A stretch of DNA of 64,000 bases from NCBI RefSeq assembly GCF_006345805.1, contig NW_021833575.1, positions 17,615 to 81,614 of the forward strand, read 5' to 3'. This document shows positions 1 through 13,710 of the stretch, in pieces. The position numbers and the translations under genes were made by a program. The DNA comes from Octopus sinensis (lineage: Eukaryota). Below the pieces are notes generated by a model. It was not told the DNA's origin. It did not search any database and saw nothing but the letters and a program-made list of their open reading frames with translations. Positions within the stretch are counted from its first letter, which is position 1, and each line of letters opens with the position of its first letter.

Positions 1-49
1 TGTGTACTTATATATAAGAGAAAAAGTTGTACGTTGGCGGCCGACTATA

Positions 50-87
<38 letters not shown>

Positions 88-92
<5 letters not shown>

Positions 93-236
93 CAAAATGG
101 GACAAGAACGCAAACATCCCAATAGACGATACAAAAAACATGATCCGGTTCTTGACTGAAGATTAAAGGCTTCGAATGACCCTCCTGTTTTTTGTATCGT
201 CTATTTGGATGTTTTCCGTCTTGTCCAGTTTGCATT
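88..236. repeat. Short fold-back (imperfect inverted repeat) fragment of a (TA)n-flanked repeat family
   Basis: ggacaagaacgcaaacatcccaatagacgatacaaaaaaca (~100-140) is the imperfect reverse complement of tgttttttgtatcgtctatttggatgttttccgtcttgtcc (~187-226). The same family (tgatccggttcttgactgaa) occurs at ~10925-11190. Confidence 0.7.
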
Positions 237-325
237 TATATATTATATATATATAAATTCAGGGTGAGTACTTGATAATTGTAAGCACCTGTATATACCG
301 TTTGGTGGTGTAGGTGTTGAGTAAA

Positions 326-815
326 TTAATCAAAATAAAAACATGATGCCAAGGATTCAGCGGTACATATGGTTCGGTCGGCCTTTATTAGACGGATTTA
401 TAATAATGCATAATGTGTGTCTATGGCCTTCTTCAGCCGCGCACAACACTACCTCCAAGGACATGTATTACATCAAAAATTCTACGTTGGGGATGCAAAT
501 CCTCTCATTCGCGTACGAACATAATGCGGCACAGCACAAAAATGAAGCGTCCATCTCGTCCTTCTCTCATTCTACATTGAGAGAAGGACGAGATGAGCTT
601 CATTTTTGTGCTGGTGCCGCATTATGTCGTACGCGAATGAGAGGATTTGCATCCCCACGTAGAATTTTTGATGTAATACATGTCCTTGAGGTAGTAGTTG
701 TGCGCGGCTGAAGAAGGCCATAGACACACATTATGCATTATTATAAATCCGTCTAATAAAGGCCCGAAACATATGTCCCGCTGAATCCTTGGCATCATGT
801 TTTTTTTTGATTAAT
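326..815. repeat. Long palindrome, ~240-bp arms with 8-nt spacer, carrying an HHR in each arm
   Basis: 326-569 is the reverse complement of 578-815; differences are mostly small indels; (TA)n lies on both sides. Confidence 0.9.
704..781 (+). ncRNA. Type I hammerhead ribozyme motif
   Basis: gcgg-CTGAAGA-aggcc...ggccc-GAAA-catatg-TC-ccgc: stem I gcgg/ccgc, palindromic stem III ACATATGT, GUC cleavage triplet. The mirror copy at ~359-440 (-) has GAAA changed to GAAC. Confidence 0.85.
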
Positions 816-1454
816 ATATATATTATATATATATATATAATATATATATATTATATATAGGTTAGGCTAATAGCCTTCATGTTTCAAGCGCTGATAAAAC
901 TATAGGGTTATACGTTATACACAAGTACTCAACTACGGGTGCATTGCATCTTATACAGAAACAGGTGTAAGCTAATGAATATCATAACATAAGTGTGTAT
1001 TCCTTTATCATCTCAATCTCATTGTTTTATATAATATCTTATAACAACATATATATAATATAAGAACATGTGTGAATGTGCCTTCGCATGAGTGCGTGCG
1101 TGAAGGGTTGCGTGAGTGAAGGAGTGAGTGAATGTGTGAGTGGGTGAGTGAGTGAGTGAGTGAGTAAGTTACTGAGCGAGAGTGTAATCGTGATTAGAAT
1201 GTCCTTATGTTAAGAATTCATCTAAGAGAGCAAACAACATTTATCATTGGTGCTGTTGATTATGCTTGAAATTGTAGAATTCTTTGATATTGGATACAAA
1301 TTTTGGCATAAAACCAGAAATTGTTGAGTAAAGTGCAAATCGATCACATGGGCCCAGCTGTTCAACTAATATTTATTTTATCGACGCGAACGGTTAAAAG
1401 GTAAAGTCGACTTCGGCGGAGTTTGAACTCAGGACTTAAAGGCGGACAAAATAC

Positions 1455-1683
1455 TGTTAAAACCAAAAATTATTTACATAAAAAAAGTGTTTTTTTTTCT
1501 ATGAAAATCCCTATTTATTACGATTTTTTGACTGCTGTGTTGCCATTTTTTTGGTGTATTTCAACCAGAAAATGTTCACTTAAAGAGAATAACAAGCTAC
1601 ATAATGCAAAATTTTTTACTTTTCAAAGATTCCAATTCTAAAGGGTTGAAACAAACCCTAGCAACGCTGGGCGATACTGCTAG
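1455..1683 (+). mobile_element. Non-autonomous Helitron, 3' part
   Basis: Ends ccctagcaacgctgggcgatactgCTAG|t (subterminal hairpin plus CTAG); same 3' end as the element at 56357-56751. Confidence 0.65.
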
Positions 1684-1696
1684 TATATACATATAC

Positions 1697-1756
<60 letters not shown>

Positions 1757-1871
1757 TTATGTATGTATGTATGTATGTATGTATGTATGTATGTATGTAT
1801 ATATGTATGTATGTATGTATGTATGTGTATATATGTATACATATATACATACAGACCAGTATGTATATATA

Positions 1872-1913
<42 letters not shown>

Positions 1914-2512
1914 TATATATGGCAAGGATGGGGACGATGTGACAGATTTACCCATTTTGGGGGACAGAATCGTGCAATGAAATCAATAGAACAGGAGAAC
2001 AGGAAATCGGTGCTGAAGATGACAACTGCATGATGGGATTATGGGTAAATGGAAGGGACAAGCAGCGTGCTACACCGAGTAAAATATAATTGACCATACC
2101 TTTGTGACTTCACTTGGCTCGATCCCGCTTCCAGGGCGGGGTGAAACTATGGAACGCTGACGAAATCATCGTGAGTGATTTCAGTTGACGACAGTTGAAG
2201 GCGGCCCCGATATGCTAGCTGCATGTAATATATACATGTATATGCATGTATGTAAATGTGTAAGTATATATATCTATATATATATATATATATATAATAT
2301 AATATATATATATATATATATATATAATTATATATAATACATATAAATATACAAGTATACATGTATGTATACCACACCACACCACACATGCACACACACA
2401 TATATATAAACATACATATAAAGTTAATCCAAACAAGAAAGCACAAAAAAACACAACAACGCGAGGACATGGAACAAATATAGTATTATTGGACGCTCAG
2501 GAAAGAAGGAGG

Positions 2513-2547
2513 GCTTAACGTTTCGAGCAGAGCTCTTCGTCGGAAAC
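2513..2547 (-). ncRNA. Minimal hammerhead-like motif (U4C core variant) in a short PLE-type repeat (~2420-2615)
   Basis: Minus strand: gttt-CCGACGA-a-gagc tct gctc-GAAA-cg-TT-aagc. Confidence 0.65.
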
Positions 2548-2615
2548 ATAGGAGAAGGAAAGATCCAGAGAAGAGAAGACAGAGGGAAAAAAATCGCCAA
2601 CGGTACACACGCGAT

Positions 2616-2669
<54 letters not shown>

Positions 2670-2829
2670 ACCCAACATATACACACATACACTCACGCAC
2701 TCACCATGCATACAGACACACCTGTACATATGCCACCAGAAGGACTCATTTCACGTGAATTACATGTTTAAGAAACTGAATTGAAGTGGTAATTATATAA
2801 ATACATACATACACACATACATACATACA

Positions 2830-3060
2830 GGTTGTACTAGGATATGCAACACACTGTTTTACTACCAATCTTGAGAAATTAGGCCTCTCAAAACCAGAAA
2901 AGAGAAAGATGCTTCGAAAATTACAGATCCAATCCATCACTGGAACTGTCAAAATCTGTAAAACTTTCCAGAAGTTTATCATTCAAGAATATATGAAGAT
3001 GTCTAGATATGCTACAATATGCTTGTTAGGACATAAAACAAAACATACAAGTCTGCAAAT
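2830..3060 (+). mobile_element. 3' end of an R4/R2-type (restriction-like endonuclease) non-LTR retrotransposon
   Basis: VVLGYATHCFTTNLEKLGLSKPEKRKMLRKLQIQSITGTVKICKTF resembles the C-terminal REL tail; flanked by (TACA)n. Confidence 0.55.
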
Positions 3061-3179
3061 ACATACATACATACATACATACATACATACATACATACAT
3101 ACATACATACATACATACATACATACATACATGCATGCATGCATACATACATACATACATACATACATACATACATACA

Positions 3180-3210
<31 letters not shown>

Positions 3211-3229
3211 GTACATACAAATATATATG

Positions 3230-4100
3230 AGTTCTCTATATTTAGTAGCCTTTCATAGTGGCACTTCCAAGCCTGCTTCTTTGCTGGGTTGCTAACTGCT
3301 AGTGACCCATCATCCATGCAAACACATTTCTCTCCAACCACATCACGATTTTCTCTGCAACCCGAAACACTTCAAGCCTCTGGTCCTCACGACGCAGAAC
3401 GTTGGCAAACTTCCTCCTCTTCGCTTCTCCCCTGGCTTACTACACCCATTTCTTTACTACCCACAAGGGGCTAAACACAGAGGGGACGAACAAGGACAGA
3501 CAAAGGGATTAAGTCGATTACATCGACCCCAGTGAACTGGTACTTAGTTTATCGACCCCGAAAGGATGAAAAGCAAAATCGACCTCGGCGGAATTTGAAC
3601 TCAGAACGTACGGCAGACGAAATACGGCTATGCATTTCGCCCGGCGTGCTAACGTTTCTGCCTTCTCGCCACCTTAATGGCTTACTACACCTGTCCTCTA
3701 GCCTCCCTCCTAGCTACCTGATATAGTTCCCTGCTACCACCACTTTTCCAGGCCTGCTTCTTTGCTCGAACGGTCTTGTGTACTGCATCGCTCCACAACT
3801 TCGTCAACCTAGGTCTGGTTGGAACTTCGCACCAACCGCAGATTTGGTCTGTAGCACTCAGCAAACTCTCCCGCAGGAATTCCCAGTTGCTCTCTACGTT
3901 ACAAGTTCCTCCTTCTCATCGAATTTGTCAATTAGGATGTCCCTAAATCTCTGGCCATATATATGAAGGATCCTTAAGCTTCTAGATCCTTCTTTTTCAG
4001 ATGGGTCTGCTTCTAGGTAGCCTTTTGGCCTGAAGTCTAAAGTTACTGATGACTAGTCTGTGATGGGGGAGGGGGTACCTTCTTCACCAGGGAAGGTCTA
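3230..4100 (-). pseudogene. RTE-type LINE fragment (EN-RT linker region), interrupted by a SINE
   Basis: VGEKCVCMDDGSLAVSNPAKKQAWKCHYERLLNIEN and RAKKQAWKSGGSRELYQVARREAR on the minus strand. Confidence 0.65.
3447..3674 (-). mobile_element. SINE family B (tRNA-derived head, Meta/MESC-like core)
   Basis: Reverse complement of ggcg..gaaggcagaaacgttagcacgccgggcg...gagttcaaattcc...tttcatcctttcggggtcgataaa; many copies in the window. Confidence 0.85.
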
Positions 4101-4309
4101 TGCATTTACGAGCGACCATGTATCTCGTTGTCTGGTGAGAATGAAATCAATCTGGCAAGCGTAGTCACTCGATGACAGGCTTCCTGCATTTGATGATATA
4201 TATCTATATATAATATATATGTGTGCGCGCGTGTAACTATGTATGTTGACGCCACCACTTGACAAACGGTGGTGTTATACATTCGCGCGGGCAGACACCA
4301 CACACACAG

Positions 4310-4311
4310 AC

Positions 4312-4409
<98 letters not shown>

Positions 4410-4411
4410 GG

Positions 4412-4471
<60 letters not shown>

Positions 4472-4515
4472 CAGACAGATATAGATCGATAGATAGGTAG
4501 ATAGATAGATAGATA
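4310..4515. repeat. (GATA)n microsatellite
   Basis: Direct reading. Confidence 0.95.
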
Positions 4516-5234
4516 AACAGACAAGGAGTGAAACAGCGTGTGTGTGAAAGAGAGGGAGTAAATAGAAAATGAGAAGGAAAGAGAAAGAGTTTAAGGGAGA
4601 GAGAGTAAGAGCGAAAAAGAGAAAATGAGGGCGATTGTGAGTGACTGCATAAATGTGTGTCTCTTGTTTATTTCGAGTGTCCCAGTTGTTCACTGATGAG
4701 GAACTCTCACATCTATATTCATCGTGTCATAAACATAAATGTATAAGTGAAATATTCCTCTGACACCTGTACTCTTAACTATATTTTCAAACGGCCGTTG
4801 CGCGCGCATATATTCTGTTCCAGAGTGTGGCTGCGTTTCGTTTTGAGCGATCGTATGCTTGTGAGATATGGCTGACCTTTTCGAATTACGGTCAACAGCG
4901 AACCGGGACGGCGGACATCCATCCAGTTTCCGTCTACCCTAGTTTTTATTATTTCATTTCATTTTATTCTATTTTATTTTGTTTTGTTTTTTTTCTTTTA
5001 GATCTGTCTTAAATCTTGTCATATCGCATCGAGTTGAGAATCAGCCATAGATAGAAAAATACGCGAAAATAAAAACAGAAAATACTTTCACTCTGGCTAA
5101 TGCATGTACATAAAAACGTGGTCGATAAAGTCCTGTTGTTCGCAGTAAACACTTCATACCGGATACATGATATAGCATCCTGTTTACTTAACAAATGGCT
5201 CACTGACACACGCGCGTTTTATATACACACATAA

Positions 5235-5715
5235 GGACAGGCATGATTGTGTGGTAAGAAGCTTGCTTCCCAACCACATGGTTTAAGGTTCAGTCCCACT
5301 GCCTGACACCTTGGGCAAGTGTCTTCTGCTATAGCATTAGGCCAACCAAAGCCTTGTGAGTGGATTTGGTAGACAGAAACTCAAAGAAGCCCATCGTATA
5401 TATATTTATATATATGTGTGTGTGGTGTGTGTTGGAGTGTTTACCTCCCCGTAACCTAGCTGTTCGGCAAAAAGAGACCGATAGAATAATACCAGACTTT
5501 AAAGGCATAAGTCCTATGGTAAAATTGTTGGACAAAAACCCTTGAGGGCGGTGTCCCAACATGCCTATTTCTTTACTACCTATAAGGGGCTAAACACAGA
5601 GAGGGCAAACAAGGACAGACAAACGGATTAAGTCGATTACATCAACCCCAGTGTGTAACTGGTACTTAATTTATCGACCCCGAAATGATGAAAGGCAAAG
5701 TCGACCTCGGCGGAA
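5235..5715. mobile_element. SINE family A (+, ~5235-5563) abutting a partial SINE family B (-, ~5565-5715)
   Basis: Family A head ...gtgtggtaagaagcttgcttcccaaccacatgg..ggttcagtccc; family B core atcgaccccgaaatgatgaaaggcaaagtcgacctcggcgg. Confidence 0.8.
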
Positions 5716-5779
5716 TACCCGCAGTCATGTTACCAGTCTCCCTTCTCCATTTTGAACCGGTTTTTGCAGCGAGAGAAAC

Positions 5780-6035
5780 TGATTTATGACTTGTTTAGTC
5801 ACCATGGATGAAACTTGGCTCCACTGTTATGATCCCCGAACCAAGCAGCAGTCAACGGAGTGGCGCTACAGAGGTTCACCGTGTCTCAAGATGTTTCGGA
5901 CCCAGAAGTCAGCTGGAGAGATACTGGCTTGAATATTCTAGGACAAGGACGAAGTACACCTCACAAAAGAGCAACCAAAGGGTCGCACAGTCAACGCAGA
6001 ATATTACATGTCGTTGTTGGACGAACAACATGTGG
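5780..6035 (+). pseudogene. Mariner transposase fragment
   Basis: CLVTMDETWLHCYDPRTKQQSTEWRYRGSP, the first catalytic D motif. Confidence 0.8.
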
Positions 6036-7096
6036 CTTTGAAGCTGCTACTTATTCTATTGGTCTTTTTTTGTATGTTATGGAGACGTAAGCACACCAAC
6101 ACCGGATGTCAAGTGGTAGTGTGGGACAGAGACACAAAGAGACATATATACAGATATATACATACATATATGTATATATGTATATATACTCTTTACTCTT
6201 TTGCTTGTTTCAGTCATGTGACTGTGGCCATGCTGGAGCACCACCACCAGTCTCTCCCCGCCATTTTGAACCGGTTTGCGTCTTCTGTCTTTCATTTGTT
6301 ATTTACCTAACGATCACTCTGAAAGTGACCGTGCTTTACCAGCAAGTTACCAGATGTAAACCATTCGTTTTATATATATGTATATATATGTATGTATATA
6401 TGTGTGTGTGTATGTATGTATGTATGTATGTATGTATGTATGTATGTATGTATGTATGTATGTATGTATGTATGTATGTATACGACAGACATCTTTCAGT
6501 TTCTGTTTGTCAAATTAACACACGAGGTTCTGGTCGGCCCGAGGCTATAGAAGACACTTGCATAAAGTGCCACGCCGTGGAACTGAACTCAGAACCGTAT
6601 GGTTCGAAAGTAAGCTTCTTACCACACACTATTTTATTAAAGCCGTAAAAAACTTCACTAGCTGTTACCCTGAGTTTTACGTGACCGTTCACGAGACTTG
6701 AAGAAATTTCAGGACTTTGACATTTGAGGGGCTCTGACGAGTTTTAAGGGAAGCGAAACCAGTCGATCAATATTCTGTCTCTCTTTTTCTCTCTCACTTC
6801 TCTCTCTCTCCCTCTCTCCCTCCCTCCCTATCTCTCTCTCTCTCTCTCTCTCTACTGCTGCTAAAGGTGCAACAGAGAGAGAGAGATTACATTAGATTAC
6901 AACAGCGAGATGAAAACGAGACCAGAGTGCGGCTAAAACGTGATCCCGGTGACAAGTCACGTGTATATATATATATATGTTTACTAAAACATATCGCGCG
7001 TGATTTCTGCAATTCAAATTCATTCGCAATTTCATAATGAAGCTGCGCGACTACTTCTGATACAAACACACACGAGTACACACACACACACTCACC

Positions 7097-7423
7097 ATGT
7101 ACATACATACATGCATACATACATGCATGCATACATACATACATACATACATACATACATACATACATACATACATACATACATGCATACATACATACAT
7201 ACATACATACATACAATACAATACATACATACATACATACATGCATACATACATACATACATGCATGCATGCATGCATACATACATACATACATACATAC
7301 ACTACAATACATACATACATACATACATACATACATACATACATACATACATACATACATGCATGCATACATACATACATGCATGCATGCATGCATGCAT
7401 ACATACATACATACATACATACA

Positions 7424-7457
<34 letters not shown>

Positions 7458-7587
7458 CATGCATACATACATACATACATACATACATACATACATACAT
7501 ACATACATACATACATACATACATACATACATACATACATACATACATACATACATACATACATAGATACATACATACATACATACA

Positions 7588-7621
<34 letters not shown>

Positions 7622-7945
7622 CATGCATACATACATACATACATACATACATACACTACAATACATACATACATACATACATACATACATACATACATGC
7701 ATGCATACATACATACATACATGCATACATACATACATACATACATACATACATACATACATACATACACTACAATACATACATACATACATACATACAT
7801 ACATACATGCATGCATACATACATACATACATACATGCATGCATACATACATACATACATACATGCATGCATGCATGTATGCATACATACATACATAATG
7901 CATACCTACATACATACATACATACAATACAATACATACATATAT
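7097..7945. repeat. (TACA)n/(TGCA)n compound microsatellite
   Basis: Direct reading; recurrent cactacaa interruptions. Confidence 0.95.
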
Positions 7946-8124
7946 GTGCATAGCAATTTAGTACAAAACCACTCCATGGAACGATAGACAGACAGACAGA
8001 CAGAGAGGGAGGGAGGGAGGGTAGGTAGGTAGGTAGGTAGGTAGGTAGGTAGGTAGATAAACAGAGACAGATAGACGAGAAACACCATATAAGGGAAGAT
8101 CGACAGAATCATCTGCCGATGTCG

Positions 8125-8183
<59 letters not shown>

Positions 8184-8245
8184 GTGTGTGTGTGTGTACG
8201 GCTATTTTTTACTACAAGCATATCTTCACTGCTTCTTCGTATGTT

Positions 8246-8284
<39 letters not shown>

Positions 8285-8496
8285 AGGGGAGGAGAGAAAG
8301 AAGAGGGGGAGAGAAACAGGGGTGAGAGAGGCTGCGGTAATACAAGAAGAATCCTGGATGTGACGGTCAGTGATACGAGAGATTTACTGTCTTAAAGAAA
8401 CTGTTTACGAAATGCTTCTCTCGTCCTTACACACACGCACACATAAATATAGGCACGTATATACACACATAGACATATGCACGTGCATATATGTAT

Positions 8497-8850
8497 TTGC
8501 TTCCCAACCACATGGTTCCGGGTTCAGTCCCACTGCGTGGCTCCTTGGACAAGTGTCTTCTACTACAGCCTCGGGCCGACCAATGCCTTGTGAGTGGATT
8601 TGGTAGAAGGAAACTGAAAGAAACCCGTCGTATACATACATACATACATACATACATATGTGTGTGTGTGTGTGTGTTGTGTGTGTGTGTGGTGTCCATG
8701 TGTACGTGTCTTTGTGTGTGTTTATCCCCCACAACTGCTTGACAACCAGTGTTGGTGTGTTTGCGTCCCCGTGACTTAGCCGTTCGGTAAAAGGGACCGA
8801 TAGAATAAGTACCAGGCTTAAAAAAAGAAGTATTGGAGTCGATTTTTCGT
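8497..8850 (+). mobile_element. SINE family A, truncated
   Basis: cccaaccacatggttccgggttcagtccc...gtggatttggtag...gaccgatagaataagtacc. Confidence 0.8.
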
Positions 8851-9341
8851 TTGACTATTATGAGAGTTGAGTCACCCCAGAGATAAAAGATATAAAACTG
8901 ATCGTGATTATTGGGACCGCCTGAAAACCTTGAATCTTTAATCTTTCCAACGCTGCATCATTTTCACAGTGTGTTGAATATCCCACCAGCATTGGCTAAA
9001 CGACCTTAAGGTCAGATTCAGAATCCCTCCAGGGCTAGGGCCCCGTGCCATGCACCCCTACGTAGTTCACGATCACAACACAAATTTGCTGCAACCCATT
9101 TTCTTTTTCTGCCCTATTTAAATAAATCGAAGAGAAAAAGGTGGCTTTTTTCTTCTTCAAAGGACACCAGATCAGTCACCTCTACCAAGATACATCTCAG
9201 TCAACAAAACCTCTCTAATTGAAAAGAACAGGGCCTGGGCTGCTCTTTGGCTGAAACATATCTCAGTTATCAAAGTTGATATCTATCTATATATCTATCA
9301 GTCTGTCAGTCTCTCTCCCACTCTCTCTCTTTATATATATA

Positions 9342-9742
9342 GGCACAGGAGTGGCTGTGTGGTAAGTAGCTTGCTTACGAACCACATGGTTCCGGGTACA
9401 GTCCCACAGCGTGGCACCTTGGGAAAGTGTCTTCAACTATAGCCTCGGGCCGATCAAAGCCTTGTGAGTGGATTTGGTAGACGGAAACTGAAAGAAGCCC
9501 GTCGTATATATGTATGTATATATATTTGTGTGTGTGTGTGTTTGTGTGTCTGCGTTTGTCTCCCTAGCATTGCTTGACGACCGATGCTGGTGTGTTTGCG
9601 TCCCCGTAACTTAGCGGTTTGGCAAAAGAGACCAATAGAATAAGTACTAGGCTTACAAAGAATAAGTCCTGGGGTCGATTTGCTCGACTAAAGGCGGTGC
9701 TCCAGCATGGCCGCAGTCAAATGACAGAAACAAGTAAAAGAG
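9342..9742 (+). mobile_element. SINE family A, full length (tRNA-derived head, internal microsatellite)
   Basis: ggcacaggagtggctgtgtggtaag (A box)...ggtacagtccc (B box)...ctccagcatggccgcagtcaaatgac..aaacaagtaaaagag. Confidence 0.9.
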
Positions 9743-9847
9743 ATGTATGTATGTATTTGTAAAAGATTAGCATTTGGAACCGTTAATCTAGACACGTTTT
9801 TGCCCTCTTTCTGTTTCTTTTTTTCTCTCCGGTTTCGTTCCTCATTC

Positions 9848-9883
9848 CTTTCTGACAAAGAGCAGAGACTCGAAACGTCAAAG
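9848..9883 (+). ncRNA. Decayed minimal hammerhead-like motif
   Basis: cttt-CTGACAA-agagcagagactc-GAAA-cg-TC-aaag. Relatives at 26111-26146 (+, CTGTCAA) and ~47420 (fragment). Confidence 0.5.
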
Positions 9884-9989
9884 ACTTTTCCATTTTTTTT
9901 CAGAGTATCAAACTAGTACACCTTGTTCACTGTTACTTCACCTATCTTTGTCTTTTGCTTTTTGCACATTTCAATCATATATATATTAT

Positions 9990-10210
9990 TTTTTATAATT
10001 ATGAATATAATTATAACTAGGGTTCAGCAAAAAATCTGCTTCGCCACATACCGAAGAAAATTTTGTGCTGAACCCTAATTATAATTATATTCATAATTAT
10101 AAAAGATATTGTTTAAGTTTACCGAAAATGGTCCTTTTAACATGCCGAATACTACTTGGTGGAATTATTAATTACTAATTAATTAATTAATTAATTTTAC
10201 CCTTTATTGT
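9990..10210. repeat. Fold-back fragment related to the 546-bp tandem unit
   Basis: ~40-bp inverted arms at 9990-10029 and 10064-10104; aatggtcc...cttggtggaa...taattaattaattttaccc matches the 546-bp unit. Confidence 0.7.
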
Positions 10211-10329
10211 TATTGATAGTATATATATATATTGTATTGTATTGGCATCCTTTCTGTCTCGGGAGACAATGGAGTTGCGCATGAAGTAGTCTAGTCCGGC
10301 TTTTATATTTCATGTCCTGGTACATTTCC

Positions 10330-10635
10330 TGGATCAAGGAGATGTTATTTGCTGATGATGCCGCTCTGGTAACACACACAGAAGAAGCCCTCCAAAGGCT
10401 CATTAACTGTTTTGAGCAAGCATGTAACGACTTTGGCTTAGCTATCAGCCTTAAGAAGACCAACATCATGGGCCAGGCTACATCGGACATCCCAAACATA
10501 CATATTGGAGACCACAGATTACAAGAGGTGGAGAAGTTTACCTATCTGGGCTCTACCGTCACCTACAACCTATCCCTTGACGCTGAGCTCAATATACGCA
10601 TTGGCAAGGCAGCTGCTGCGATGGCCCAACTCTCC
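10330..10635 (+). pseudogene. RTE/BovB-like LINE reverse transcriptase C-terminal fragment
   Basis: EMLFADDAAL...FGLAISLKKT...VEKFTYLGS...ELNIRIGKA. Confidence 0.9.
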
Positions 10636-10636
10636 A

Positions 10637-10684
<48 letters not shown>

Positions 10685-10709
10685 TATATATATATATATA
10701 TATAATATA

Positions 10710-10797
<88 letters not shown>

Positions 10798-11186
10798 TAT
10801 ATATATATATATATATATGATATATAGGTACATACATATATGCGTATATATATATATTATATATGATATATAGGTACATACATATATGCGTATATATATA
10901 TATATATATACATATGATATATATGTACGTTATTGTTTTTTGTATTTTATATTCGTGTGGCATCGTCCGTTTTTCTGTCCCTGTTTCGTATACATTCGAT
11001 CCTTCTTCCAAGAAATCTAATGCTCGTAGCTTAGTTTTTCCTTGGGGCTGGCCGGATCGGAGCGATCTCAAGATTAATCAGCCGAAATTGCTTGGATGAT
11101 CCGGTTCTTGACTGAACATTAAGAGCTTCGTGTTTTTTGTATCGTCTTCTAAATGTTTTACGTTCTTGTCCCAGTTTGTAATTTTT

Positions 11187-11232
<46 letters not shown>

Positions 11233-11544
11233 AATATTATATATATATATATACACATATACATATATGCATATATATATACGTATGTGTGTGTGTGGTG
11301 TGTTGTGTGTGTGTGCGTATGTGTGTATGTAGTTATATATTTCCGAGATGCATTCCGAAGCGCCAGTTATAACTGTCCTAGATTCTTTTAATTTTAGTAT
11401 ATCAATATTATGCATCTAATAAGCTGACCCGTTGAGTTTTGTTACTGCAGATAGAAGGCAGCTGTAGCAGCGCTTTCAACACACCCTGATATACGCGGCT
11501 TGTCAAAGCTTTGTAATTTGCAGAATGCAGTCGAGAGACAGGAA

Positions 11545-12820
11545 GTCAATTCGGAAGCTCGCTACGCAATTTCACTGTGTAAAACTTAGCCAAAACCTAA
11601 CTGAAACTTACGCTATGCTTCTGGATTAACTTACATGAGCCGAACATCTGTTGAACTCTGGCACAAGAGGTTCAAGTGCAAGAGGAAGGAGTTGATAGAG
11701 GTTGAGAGGTGTGGCGGTGAGAGGGGCGTCAGAACATCAGAACTGGTTGAGGAAATTCCTAATTCTCTGAGGGAAGACCGTCGTGTTTCCATGAAGACAA
11801 TAATGATAGAGTCTGGAGTTGTTGAGGCGACAGGACACAATAATTCAGAAAGATCTGGACATACTCTTTTACTTGTTTCAGTCATTTGACTGCGGCCATG
11901 CTGGAGCACCGCCTTTAATCGAGCAACTCGACCCCAGGACTTATTCTTTTTTGTAATCCCAGTACTTATTCTATCGGTCTCTTTTGCCAAAGTGCTAAGT
12001 AACGGGGACATAAACACACCAGCATCGGTTGTCAAGCAATGCTAGGGGGACAAACACAGACACACAAACACACACGTATATACATATATATATACGACAG
12101 GCTTAAAATCTGCGTAAAATGTGTGCAAAGTTTGTTCCCTGGGTGCTCAGTAACGATGCGTTGGTGACGGCAGAAACATGGTGAAGCTCATTACCCCCAA
12201 TCCAAGATTACATGAGCCTCTGGTGATCTGTTACAAAAGCTGGATCTACTGTTATGATCCAGAGACGAAGAGACAGAGTACCCAATAGAAGCATGCTGGC
12301 TCCCTACAGACTCAAGAAGGCCAAGCAAAGTAAGTCCACCAGAAAGTGCATGATTTCCACTTTTCCCACCGCAAGGGCATCATCCACATCCACTGAGTTC
12401 GTTCTGGAGAGAGACCGTCATCAAAGGGCACTTCGTGAAGGTTTTGAGAGAGTTCAGGAACAGACTTCATCGCAAAAGGCCAGAGCTCTCGCACTCAGGG
12501 CGTTGGCACCTGCACCAAGACAATGCACCAGTTTGCAATTCCATCCTGGTAACCAACTACTTGACAGAGAAGCGTATCAAAACTGTTCCTCACCCTTCCT
12601 ACAATCCAGCCCATGTTCCCTGTGCCTTTTGGATATTCCTCAAGCTGAAGGAGAACCTCGGGGGCAGTGATTTTCAAGCCCTTCAGAAGATGAAGGAGGC
12701 TGTGATAAGAGTCCAGGACACCTTCGATTTGGCGGACGTCTATGCAGCCTTCACGAAGTGGCTGGAGGTCTACAACAAGTGCATTGAAGTCATAGGATCC
12801 TACTTTGAAAGAGATCAGAG
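11545..12820 (+). pseudogene. Decayed mariner transposase split by a SINE A insertion (~11863-12101, -)
   Basis: HTH region WHKRFK...EDRRVS; RKMCAKFVP; WIYCYDPETKRQS; WHLHQDNAP; HPSYNP..VPCAFWIF; KCIEVIGSYFE; contains stops and frameshifts. Confidence 0.9.
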
Positions 12821-13710
12821 TGATATTGCAGGTGTGATGTTGCTGTTCTTGTTTAGCCCTAGGTCACTTCTTAACGCGCAAACCCAAATAGTCAAATACA
12901 TAACACCCATTATCCCGTTAATTATTCAACTTCCTCGTTTCCATCAATGTCGAGACAACCCAATAGAAACTTCCTAATTGCTATCACTTTTTAACTGAAG
13001 CAGCTGTTGGTCGACCACAATACACTTAACATTATTCATGACGCTCCACTCATGACCATCCCCGTTTGCATATATGCATATATTTTATTTTCAGACGTAA
13101 TATACTTAGTGTAACATCATCCAGTTTCTATACACGGATGTGTGTGTGTGCGTGTGTGTGTGTATATCTTTTATCTTTTACATATTTCAGTAATCAGACT
13201 ACGGCCACGCTGGAGCATCACCTTCAAGAATTTTCAGTTAAATGAATCGATCCCAGTACTTATTTTTTGTTAAGTCTAATACTTTTTCTACCGGCCTCTT
13301 TTTGTCGAATTGCTGCGTTGCGGGGACGTAAACAAGCCAACACCGGTTGTCAAGCGATGGTGGAGGACAAACAAAGACACAAAGACACACACACACATAC
13401 GACGGCCTTCCGCACAGTTTCCATTTACCAATTTCACTCGTAAGGCATTGATCGCTCCGGGGCTATAGTAGAAGACTCTTGTCCAAGGTGCTATGCACTG
13501 AGACTGAACCCGAAACTGCTTGATTACAGGGCATGGTAAAAGGTAAAGTTGGCCCCGGTGGGATTTGAACCCAAAACAGAAAAGAACCTGGAAAAATATC
13601 ACATAACTCGTTTATTCCGATACTCTCACGATTCTGCCAGCTCGCCGCTTTTAATAATACTTTCGACTTATCGACCCCAGGGTACTGTGTTATATCGACC
13701 TCGAAGGATA

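Noticed and set aside
1920-2225. Possible solo LTR
   Set aside because: Unique-looking block between TA runs, but no clear TG..CA termini with a target-site duplication
6887-7987. Long ORFs of MYVC/HTYI repeats (also 24453-26007 and many others)
   Set aside because: Stop-free translations of (TACA)n, (TA)n, (CA)n and (CT)n microsatellites; no coding evidence
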